Assembly: GCA_033442325.1 (NCBI GenBank)
Contig: JAWQFM010000014.1
Location: forward strand, 835,792-899,791
DNA from: Salpingoeca rosetta
Lineage: Eukaryota; Protista; Choanoflagellata
DNA length: 64,000 bases
Direction: 5' to 3'
Part shown: piece after piece, positions 53,593 through 64,000 of the stretch
How the letters are laid out: every line of letters starts with the position of its first letter
Numbering within the stretch: position 1 is the first letter of the stretch
Made by a program: the position numbers and the translations under genes
The notes under the pieces: generated by a model
Told to the model about the DNA's origin: nothing
Databases searched by the model: none
What the model saw: only the letters and a program-made list of their open reading frames with translations

Positions 53593-55747
53593 CCACACCT
53601 GTCACCTTTGACACGAGGATACCCAGGCCCGTGCCGAAAACACTTGCGGCGATGCTCTGGGACGTCATCTTCGCCGTCACGTCCCCTGCAGCAACGTGTG
53701 CATCATGCGTGACGTATAAGCGTGGTGCATGAACGAAGAGAACAAGGAAGGCACCAACCAAACACAGTCGCACACACCAGCAAGCACAAACAATATAATA
53801 TTTCATGCACAAACGTGCACTTCCACGAACACACAACACCAATACACACACGCACAACCCCACAAAAATAACAACACCCCCGCCCACACCCACGTCGTAC
53901 AGACCGAGGTTTGACGTGCGGGTGAAACTGAGATTCATCTGCGCGCGCGTTGCCGAGCTGGCAAGATAGGACACGTTCTTGCCAAAGTTGGACACGGAGG
54001 CGAGGAGGAGGAAGTGGTGCGGGAAAAGCGGCGTGATGATGTCCACGATCCCGCTCACCTGTCATTTTCGTCGTCGGTTTGTGTTTTTTGCAGTGAGAGT
54101 GGGTGGGGTGGGCGGGAATTGTAGTGATGGTGTCGCTGATCGTATTGGTGATGATGATGGTGATGATTGCTTCCACATGTGCACACATGTTCATACAACA
54201 CACACACCACCACCACCACCGCCATCATCACCACCACCACCACACCTGCAGTGAGAGCACGGCGTTGAAGCGCTGCCGCTTCGGGTCGTCGTCGAACCGC
54301 GTGCCAAATATGCTGGAGGAATACAAGAGGAAAGGTGCGCGCGAGATGTGGTCGATGCGATGTGTTGTGCAGCAGCGGAGAGGATGGTCGGTATCAGCAG
54401 CAGCCGCTCGCTATGCACTTACGCCCGTCCTCAACCTCACGTCAGCTACCACCGCTTTGTTCTCCTCCTCCTCCTCCTCCTCCTCATCCTCCTTCTCAAC
54501 CTCCTCCACCTCCTCATCCTCCTTCTCAACCTCCTCCACCTCCTATCCCCAAAGACGCTGCACCCATCAGCACATGCGGGGGAGGGGGGGTCGTGCATGC
54601 GTACCTGCCATACAACATGCCGCCAAGCTGCCCGAGCCCATCCTTGAGAATCCAGTTGATGGCTGCAGCAAGAGGGACGCTCCCTGCATTGGCGATACAG
54701 GAGGCGAAGGACGTTGGGATCATTCAAAGTGCAAACGGATGCTGGCGGCGGAAGGCAGACGGGTGCGCAAAACACAAACATTTGCAAAGAGTGTATTCGC
54801 ATACCTTCAGGCAGGCACGAGAAGCATGCATGCACACACACACACACATACGCACACATACATACACGCACGCACGCACGCACGCACACATTCAAATACA
54901 TTGCAAAAACGCACCTGCACCCACGCCCACGGCGTAGAGGAGAGACTGCATAGATAGGACGCCCGATGCCGTCATCGTGGTCATATGTACAAACTGCCAC
55001 TGCAAACCCCCACCAGCAACCAAACATAATGGCAAAATGTCAAGACAGCCTTACACATTAATTTATGCTAGCATGGACGGGGCTACTGTTGACGCGAACC
55101 GAACTGATTTGATACCTTGCAGTAGTCGAGAAACTTTGGGGATACGCTCGCTCGGTAGTCACGAGGCAAGAATACGTGTTCCTGCAACACATAAATGTGT
55201 GTGTGTGCGTGCGTACGTGTGTGTGCGTGTATGTGTGTGTATGTGTATGTGTGTGTGTGCGTATGTGCGTGTGAGAGAAGGAACGGAATTCAGCTGCAGT
55301 CGTGCTTGTTCGAGGATAGGCAACGGCTGTTGGTGAACACGAGTGCGTCGCTGACATCGTCGCCCTGCAGCTTGCACGACATAAGCGAGGGCAGCTCACC
55401 AGTCGAGTTCGAAGAGGCTGCGATGTGAGAGACGACAGCATCAACGCTAGTCGTGACGGCATCTTCATCGTGGTTGTTTTTGTTGCGCCCTCTGCGGCGC
55501 TTGCATCCCTGCCAGTCACTGGCCGCTCCAACAACACATAGTGTACCACCGCCGTGCTCGCTCTGTTCCAACCATCCTCCCGTTGCCGACCCTTGTACTG
55601 GCCTCCACCCGCATCTCCTGCCTTCCCACTCAAACCACCACCATCCCTTGCTGCTGCAGCGCGTGGTTGCACCCGCACCACATGCTTGCCAGGCAGGTAC
55701 TGCCGCAACACCACCACCGCGCTCGCCAGCCGTCCGCTCCGCTGCAT
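52542..55747 (-). CDS. RUS1/DUF647 family (root UVB sensitive, C16orf58-like) membrane protein, apparently short at the C-terminus
   Basis: Motifs SVPLAAAINWILKDGLGQLGGMLY, FGTRFDDDPKRQRF, IITPLFPHHFLLLASVSNFGKNVSYLASSATRAQMNLSF...NLGDVTAKMTSQSIAASVFGTGLG, NYYSSKFVSLKTFNVQRAEIL and IPPPPVVAEAE match the DUF647 pattern. ATG 55747. The stop is uncertain (52544-52542, 52467-52465 or 52432-52430). Confidence 0.85.
53455..53592. repeat. Intronic (TTG)n repeat with periodic TTTAAG interruptions
   Basis: Directly visible in a RUS1-family intron. Confidence 0.93.
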
Positions 55748-55837
55748 TGCCGAAATTTACAACATATCATCAACCAATTTTCAGTAACCGCCGCTGCCAA
55801 TTTGAACCACAACCACAACAACCACAACACACACAAC
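55748..55837. promoter_or_regulatory. Putative bidirectional promoter (RUS1-family gene / coiled-coil gene)
   Basis: 90 nt between divergent ATGs; AT-rich (GAAATTTACAACATATCATCAACCAATTTTCAG...CCAATTTGAACC). Confidence 0.55.
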
Positions 55838-56912
55838 ATGCCGCTGCCACCAAGCATAAATGCTCAGCTCTCCCTGCAGGAACGAGTGGACAGGTGAGAA
55901 GAGAGGTTGTTCATGTTTCATGCACTGTTGTTTTGTGTGCGTATGAGTGTTTGTGTGCATGCATCTGTTCAAACAGTGAGCCTCGCCCTTACGCTCACAA
56001 CATGCATGCCTGACACAACATACGCCCACAACACACAACACTCACGACAACACACGACAACTAGGCGAGCAGAGGCTGCACGACGGGAGGCTGCAATGAA
56101 GTATGCGGCGCAACAACAAGGCATACAGGCGAGCAGTGACGACATTATCGCCTTGCGACGAAGCCACGGATCCCCTCTCAAGATTGTTCGCTCAGTCTCG
56201 GACATGTCAACAACCAACATCGCCAACAGCAGCGAGGACGACGAAGACAACGACGACGACGAGCACAACAACTTTGCCCTTGAAGAGGAACAGCCAGACT
56301 ATGATACTGAGGAAGAATCGACACAAGGACAACAGCAACACCGCAACACTGTTCAGACGCAGCACAGCGACCAGCACCCACCGCACTCGCACCCGGGCTC
56401 CCGCGACGTCACTGTCATGACAGACAATGTGAGCCACCTGCAGCAACATCAGCTGAGCATGCTGTCCACAACGTCGCGCGGAACACAGGCAGATGTGTCC
56501 GCGCTTGAACAGCACACTCTGACCAGTGACCAGAGCCACCTTGGTGGTCATGGTCATGGGGGAGATGAAGGAGACAACACCGCTCACCCCTCAGCTAGCC
56601 TGGGCGAGTCCCTTCCATCGGTGCATTGGGGAAGCCCAATCCACTCTGAGCACGACGACTCCACCCTCATTGCAGACGACGGCGACGACAACGACAACGA
56701 TACCATACATGGTGGTGAGCAGTTGATGGCGCGGAAGGATGCTGAGCGCGCCAAGGAACACATGAACCGCCTCGAAGCCCTCATCCAGGCATTTTCTCCA
56801 AGAAAGGTGCGCTCTCAAATGTGGGGCGCAATTGTGTGTGTGCGCGCGCGCGTTCGTGTGTGTGTGTTGTTGCTGCTGCTGCTGCTGTTGTTGTTGTTGT
56901 TGGTGGTGGTGG

Positions 56913-56943
<31 letters not shown>

Positions 56944-57655
56944 GCTGTTGTTGCTGTTGTTGCTGTTGTTGCTGTTGTTGCTGTTGTTGTTGTTGGACTG
57001 TACTTTCTTCTGTCCCGTCAAGTGATTGCGCGCTGTTTGACGCCCCACCCCCATAACCACCATGTTCCTGTGCTGGGTTTGAAAGGAGCCAAGCGAGGTC
57101 TCCCCGCCTTCGTCTCAGCGGCAGGCACCTTCAAGCACCGGCAAACACGAGCGGAGGAGATCAACAGGTGCGGGTGCAAACGGTGCCACGCGAACGCAAG
57201 ATGTATCTGGTGGCGGACACGACAGGAACGCGCGCCGTCGAAGTGGACCGGTGCCACCACCATCATCAGCATCGCCATCGCCGCCAAGGTCGACAGCAAC
57301 GTCGCTGCAAGGACGGCCTCAAGGCGGCATACTACGGACACCAAAGAGCGGGACGAGGGCTGTTGGCAGTGGCGGTGGAAGAAAGGGCCGAAACGCTGGC
57401 GCAGCAACACCTCAGCAAGGGCGCGCGTCCCAGCAGCAGCAGACGCGACCGACAGCGCAAACAGCACACTCGGCACCAGCATCCACAGCAAAGACAGCAG
57501 CACGACGGGCGGCATCCAAGACCAAGTCGCCATCATCGTCAGCACCGCTCTCCCACGTGGCGAGCCAGTGCAGCGCCACCGCCCGCGCACTCATTCAGGT
57601 ACTCGCGATGGGGGAAGTGAGGTCTCACATTTTACGTGTGTGTGTGTGTGTATGT

Positions 57656-57726
<71 letters not shown>

Positions 57727-58639
57727 GGGGTTGGGCGGGTGTGTCAAAATTATTTTCTCCTTTCCTGCACTGCACATGACTGCATTTCGTCCGACTTCCA
57801 TCTGTCCACATCCCCATCTCTCTTCTCTCTGTCCCCGAATCACCGCGACAGGCGCTGCGTGATATCTTTGACTTGGAGCACATTGTCGGCTCCTCCGTCC
57901 GCGGAAAACCAACGGCAGATATGGCGGAGAAGGTCGGCTCGCGTGGAAATTGCGTGTCTGACATGCAGAGTTGTGGCAAATTTTGACGCACGCGCGCACA
58001 CGCCGTTGCGCCCTTGCAGACAATGCAATGAGCATGCGGCAATGAGCAAACACAGACCGACTTGCAAGCACAGCCGCTGGCACGCACCTACCCGCACATC
58101 CATCGTGCATTCATGCATCTGCTCACTCCCTTCTGCTTCGCCCGTGCTGGTTCATTCACGCCACTGCCCACTGCTGTTGCTGTTGCAGGTGTTTTCCGAC
58201 CTGACGCGCGTGGTGGATGCGCTCGACTTTGCGTGTGACGGAACAGCGCAGGACGCCGACATCACCACGCTCAACCTCATCGACGCCCACAAGAAGGCGC
58301 AGGCGAGGGTGCGCTGATGTGTCGTGGCTGTGTGTGGTTGTGTGTGTGTGTGTGTTGGTCGTGGTGCGTGACGTGTATATGTGTGTGTGTGTGTTGGTCG
58401 TGGTGCGTGACGTGTATGTGTGTGTGTGTGGTGCTGTGCTCGCAGCGTCCTTGTGTTGTGGTGTGCTTGGGACAACACGCAATACCGCAGCGTTCACGTT
58501 CTTACGCTAGTTCACGAACTTTTGTACATGCGTCTTGGTTCAGATTGCGAGCTTGGAGAGTCAGCTGTCGCAGCAGCGGCGCCTCGCCGTTGGCTCGGAC
58601 GATCTCAACAAACTCCACACTACCATGCAGTGCGTGCTC

Positions 58640-58688
<49 letters not shown>

Positions 58689-59873
58689 GTGGGTGTGTGG
58701 GTGTGTGGGTGTGCTTGATGAGGTGAACTTCAGCTCATGCGTCGGCGCATTCACACTCATTCACACTCATTCACACTCATTCGCGCCTACTCACACTCAT
58801 TCACACTCATTCGCGCCCACTCACACTCATTCGCGCCCACTCACACTCATTCGCGCCCACTCACTCTCCTCTGGGCGCAGGCACGTGCAAGCCGAGCTGC
58901 ACCAGGTCACGGCACAAAACAAGCGTTTGCGGCAGGAAAACAAGAACCTGAAGCACGAAAACACCGAAGTGGAGACCAGGCTGCAAGACATGATGCAGGT
59001 GCGTGTATGTTTGTGTGTGTGTGTGTGTGTTTGTGAGTGTGTGTGTGTGTGTGTGTTTGTGAGTGTGTGTCTCACAGGTGAACACTTTTCTTGGTCCGCA
59101 TTGCGTAGAATTGATGCGATGATGTCACTGCTGAGAGCAACACATATGTGGTTGAATGCCCTCACCAGAGTTTCACTTGTACTACCGTGTCCCAAAATTG
59201 GTTGGTGCGATGGCAGGTGGCTGCACGCGACATATCAGTTGTTGTCAAGCAGAATGAGGAGCTGGTGGCGGTGGCAGAGAGGCGCACAAAAGGTACCGTG
59301 CTTCACACACACATACACACACACACACACAATACGTGAACATGCGCCAGCCTTTTTTTTTTTTTCAATGTGTGGGTGAACTGTGCTGAGATGCGGTTCT
59401 CATTACCGTTTTCGCCCAACAACGCTCACACCAACACCGACACCACCACGCACGCTTCGTCAACGGTTGCATTGCTGAGCAGAGCGCGACGACCTCAGCG
59501 CAAAACTGCAGCAGCACGAGCTTGCACTCAGCACAGGTGAGGCCCTGTTGTGCATGCTGATGAACGTACGATAATGGCTGTGTATGATGCTGGTTGGAAT
59601 TCACATCACCACACGCAGCAGACAGTAGCCCTCTAGCACAGTCCAGGTCGTTTTGCTACCCCCTCCCCACCCTCCCTGCTCACACGCGCACCCTCGCGTC
59701 AACACGCTCCCTCCCATGCAGCCAAAGAGACCATTCGATTGCACGAGCTGACCATCACCCAGCGCGATGCTGAGATTGAATCCCTTTCGCACAGCGTCGC
59801 GTCAGTATGCGCATGCTGCGCTCTGTGATGCATTCTCGCTTGTATTCGCGCGTGTCTGTATCTGTGTCTGCAT

Positions 59874-59908
<35 letters not shown>

Positions 59909-61507
59909 TGCGTCCTGCTATGTGTGTCAGTTTGTAGGCACTGCCAATTTCACGTCATGTGATTGTGTGCCTGTATTGCAGGAAACACTTCAAGCTGTTG
60001 GAAGATCTTGATCGCGTCGTGCACGCCCTGCGAAGAGAGAAGCAAGGTGAGCTATCTGTCGCGCAAGCATGCTTCCCGATTCAAATACATGCACGCACAC
60101 GTGCACACATGTCCAACACAAACAGAAACACACTTTCGTCGACATGTTGTCACGTCACACATTCACAAAGGCACATGCACTCACATTCACATGGGCCCCT
60201 CCTCCTCCTCGCCACCACAACCACCACCATTAGACCTGCGTGCGGAACTTGCGCGGGAGAGAGCGAAGCGAGCGGTGTGGCCACGCCAGCGACCGTCCAG
60301 TGGGGGTCGCAATGGCCGTCATCATCGTCACGATGACGATGGTGGTGATGATGACGGTGATGGTGACGGGAGGCGGGCACAGCGATTGAGCCGTGCGGGT
60401 GTTGCACCTGCTCGCGATGGTGATGGTGATGGTGGTGGTGGTGGTGATGATGATGACATGAGCGGCTCCGGAGATATTCACCGCCGCATCGAGCGGGCGA
60501 AAATGGCGCTGAACGCACACAGACACACGCGCATGAGCAGCAGAGGTGACCAGGCAACATCTGGCGACGATGAAAGTGTTGGGAGAGGCACAGCAGCTGC
60601 TCGTGTGGACATGAAGCAGCCACCAACACGCAGCAGCAACGGCAACAAGAGAGAGACGACACAGGAGGCAGATGAAGAGCTCAGTGAATCTGACGAGAGC
60701 GAGCGCGGGCGAGGCGGTGGGCGTGGCGATACCAAGGGGCAGATGCTTGCAAGCATGGCGCTCGCAGATTCGCTCGGTATTGATTTCGATGCATTCCCGT
60801 GGCGGCAGCAGTGGCGCGTTGACAGCAGCAACCCAAGCAACACGGCCAGCGACACAGAAACGACAGCAACCCCCGCGTACCGACACCGTGATCGGCGCGG
60901 AGACAGCACAGACGAGGAAGAGGGTGAGCTCCAAAACGACGATGAAGACACCGACAACGGCCGTGGCAACAGCGGCGGTGGTGATGGTGACCGTGATCAT
61001 GATCATGACCGCCACACCCCTGTCGCGCAACGCATCAAGAATCGCTGGCGTGGCAGTGGCGTTGCGCGTGCAGCTAAAACGCAAGGAAGCAGCACCGCAA
61101 GCTCGCGCAGCAGAGACGTTGGCAATGATTCGCTCAACGATGGCCGGGCCAAGTCGAAGCAGGGCATGACGGGGCGCGGCCTGAAGCGTAGAGACCTCAC
61201 AGCACACGGTGACAGACACGGGGATGAGGAAGAGGAGGTGGATGGTGATGATGGTGATGATGGTGATGATGGCGACGACACAGTCAGTTCGACGGGAGCC
61301 ACGACGACTTCGAGTAAGCGCTTGCAGCTGTACGCAACGAAGGGCGCACAGGCGGCGCTGTTGGAGTCGCAATCTGAGCTGTCGCTCATTGATGAGGAGA
61401 TTGCCAACTTGAGGGGCTCGCTGCAGAGTTTGCTGCAGACGGCAAACGCACTCGACAGTGGCGCCGTCACTTCTTCCCCGCTCTCCGCAGGCAGCAGGCG
61501 CCCGTAG
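55838..61507 (+). CDS. Hypothetical low-complexity/coiled-coil protein (about 12 exons)
   Basis: Exons from MPLPPSINAQLSLQERVDR through heptad segments (IASLESQLSQQRR, VQAELHQVTAQNKRLRQENKNLKHENTEVETRLQDMMQ, AKETIRLHELTITQRDAEIESL, DLRAELARERAKR) to the last exon ...SELSLIDEEIANLRGSLQSLLQ...SRRP* (TAG 61505-61507). No family recognised. Confidence 0.7.
56866..56994. repeat. Intronic (TTG/CTG/GTG)n repeat
   Basis: Directly visible. Confidence 0.9.
58750..58866. repeat. Intronic minisatellite of 10-nt modules TCACACTCAT / TCGCGCCCAC just before a 3' splice site
   Basis: Visible as aligned 10-mers in the lines starting 58741-58861. Confidence 0.9.
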
Positions 61508-61872
61508 CGAGGCTGTGTGTGCGTGTGTGTCTGTCTGTCTGTCTGTGGGTAGGAAGGCATCTTTGATGCGTCTCTGGTTATGTGCACTCTCGCCCAGCAC
61601 GCTTGTGCTTTGGGTGAATTGTTCTTGCTTGCCTTGACTTCTTGTGTCTATTCTCCGTCGCACTCCATTATTTACCATCAAGTAGAAGTAAAACCAAACA
61701 ACTCTAACACCAACACCAGAACTCGTGTAATGTACCTAATGCTAACGCCCTCAAAACACCTTGAACACTGCTCTCTGCTCATAACACCTCGCAACTCTTC
61801 AAACCAACAGCTTACTTGCAGGCAGTGCCACATTGAATCATTTGCACACGACCCTCGGAGAACATCCAGAGG

Positions 61873-63119
61873 CTATGCGCATGAATCAGCACGGGGCAGC
61901 GTGCCAAAGGAGGTAGTGGACGCCTGACGCGCTGGTGATTGTGATGAAGACGTGGCGCTGTCCTCACTACCCGCATCGTTGCTTGCAAGCAACGACACGC
62001 TCTCCCCATCACCACCATCGTCTTCTTCCTGGCGTTTCCTGCAAGCAAACGCATTGGAATATAGCCAGAAGCAATGCACGAAATATGGACAAGAGCATGA
62101 AGCGTGAGTGTGTTGCGTGAGTATGCCTCGCGTGCGCACATGTTGCGTACATGATTATGGTGTGCGACAATGTGGCGGGAAGGGTAAGTCGGTGTAAACG
62201 TTGTGGAACAGGTATTCAAAAAGATGCGTGTTACACGGAACAATGTGTTGTGTTGATGCAGAGCTGCCCACCTGGCGTATCTTTGTCGAAAGTAAAACAG
62301 GTACACGAGCAACCACAGCACCACCGCACTGCACGAAACACCCACAACTGTAGGAAGCATCATTAAGGAGATGATGGTCCGAGAAAAATGTCAGCACAAG
62401 CCTGTAGGTTGCACGAAACGGCAAACAGACATACACACACTGCGCATGCACACCACACACACACACACACACACTCACTCACTCACACACACACACATGC
62501 AGTCAACGCCAAAGCACGCTCCCTGCCTCTCTTTTTCCATCCCCTTTGGACACGACCTGGCCAGATTCCAGACGACTTCAAGAACGGGAGAACAGAGGCC
62601 GTCCACAGCCCGCCGCCAACAATGGGCTCGTGCAGCAGCTGACAGCGATGATTGTGGCGGTGGTGGTGGTGGTGGTGGTGGTGGTGAACGTGATCATGAA
62701 GCATTGGGATGAGAGGTGACACGTGTATTGCTGAAGAAAAAGAAGCGTGGTCACAGCAGCAGGGTAAATACACATGCAATCCATTGTCAAGGCATCCCAG
62801 CCACGTGCTCCAGCTTAAATGGCGATGAAAAGCAACCCACCTGCTTGTAGGAGAACGCAGCGAGTGCCGGTGTCTGGTTCTCAGGATCTGTCATGCGGAG
62901 GAGGAGGAGGCCCGTGCTGGTGACACCCATGGACTGGCCCAACTCTGCCAACGAACGCTGTACCCAATAGTCCGGCAGCAAGCTGGCACACGAAAACAGG
63001 GAGAAGATGAGGTTGGGGGATGGAGATCAGGAGACGTGTGTTCGTGTTGTGTTTCGTGCGTGTATGCTGTGTGTATGCTGTTTAATGTGTGTGTGTGTGT
63101 GTGTGGTTGGTGTGTGTTG

Positions 63120-63194
<75 letters not shown>

Positions 63195-64000
63195 CAGCCA
63201 TGGGAAGAGAGAGTTTGAGAAAGCAGACACATCCCTGCACGCACGAACATTGGGGCGAGGAATCGAAAGCAGAGGAGGTGCCAGATCCACGTGACGCCGA
63301 CGAGGATGAAGAACGGAAGAAGAGAGTCCTCAAGGCCCGTGAAACTCATCGTCTGCATGGCCAATGCAACGCACCACGATGGCGAGGGAATCAGCAACGA
63401 ATAGCGTCGTTTGCAAAGGGTGTGTGTGTGTATGTGTGTGTGTGTGCAAATGCAACACTTCAGTGTCCCCGCTCCCTCGGACGCACAGCAATGGCTGAGA
63501 CAATGGTGAAATCGAGAGCCAGGCCAGATATGCGCTCGATTGTGTCTCGATCAATGGGCGACGGATTTGCAAACGCGTCCGTGAAGAGCTGCACCTGTCG
63601 TGGTTGAGGGACAGAGACGACGAGAATCGGCGATGTGTGAACAGAAGGCGCGTGGATGCAACCCAGATGGTGATGACGTGGGATGCGCGAACAATTGTGA
63701 TCAACTGCACATTGCAACAAACAGACGTGCAAACACACACACACACACACATCGCACAACACCATGTCGTGTTTCAAGCACACGGACACACTGTACGCAC
63801 CAGGATTCCACCGAGCATGCAGAATGGGAACGTGGGAAAGGCCGAAAAGAAGTGATACTCTGTCAACCAAGCAGACTGGTCTGTGTGCACGCACACGCAC
63901 GCGCACGCGCACACGCACACGCACACGCACACGCACACAAGGAACAGAGCAAGACGTACGGGGGATTGGAGTGAGGTGTAATCAAACGAGCTGATTCACC
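61873..64000 (-). CDS. gltS: 5'-partial sodium/glutamate symporter (GltS/ESS family), C-terminal half
   Basis: Spliced exons read SITSFSAFPTFPFCMLGGIL|VQLF...IDRDTIERISGLALDFTIVSAIA|MSFTGLEDSLLPFFILVGVTWIWHLLCFRFLAPM|LPDYWVQRSLAELGQSMGVTSTGLLLLRMTDPENQTPALAAFSYKQ|LLHEPIVGGGLWTASVLP. This matches the bacterial GltS C-terminal signature (G.S.GVT.TGLLLLR..DP....PA..F.YKQL..EP..GGG). The gene continues beyond 64000. Confidence 0.85.

Noticed and set aside
58750-58866. Regular 10/20-nt repeats suggesting CRISPR or telomeric sequence
   Set aside because: Tandem units with no unique spacers inside an intron; an ordinary minisatellite.
60230-61681. 483-aa minus-strand ORF
   Set aside because: Antisense shadow of the GC-rich last exon of the plus-strand coiled-coil gene.

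Overview
This is eukaryotic, gene-dense and intron-rich DNA: GT-AG introns loaded with (GT)n/(CA)n microsatellites, and polyQ/polyH-rich exons. The style points to a choanoflagellate such as Salpingoeca rosetta (inference from composition and gene content only). Most entries in the six-frame ORF track are microsatellite or antisense artefacts. Splicing by eye gives 11 protein-coding genes: (1) a 5'-partial chromatin-type protein with two tandem SH3/KOW-like repeats and an atypical bromodomain; (2) TFIIE-beta; (3) an unknown-domain-SAM-TIR protein with an intact catalytic-position Glu; (4) a JmjC oxygenase with an N-terminal signal/anchor; (5) calmodulin-lysine methyltransferase; (6) a PDZ-like/coiled-coil protein; (7) an RCC1-repeat protein; (8) a ~29 kb, full-length but very divergent outer-arm-beta-type dynein heavy chain whose AAA1 Walker A/B motifs are destroyed and whose microtubule-binding domain carries a ~180-aa acidic insertion; (9) a RUS1/DUF647 protein that ends within ~80 nt of the dynein ATG; (10) a coiled-coil protein; (11) a 5'-partial bacterial-type GltS Na+/glutamate symporter with introns. 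The strongest leads are the putative pseudo-motor dynein, the SARM1-like SAM-TIR gene, and a 1080-nt intronic stretch with no AG dinucleotide. No rRNA, tRNA, CRISPR array or transposon was recognised. Exon boundaries and family calls are manual readings against remembered consensus motifs, not tool output.
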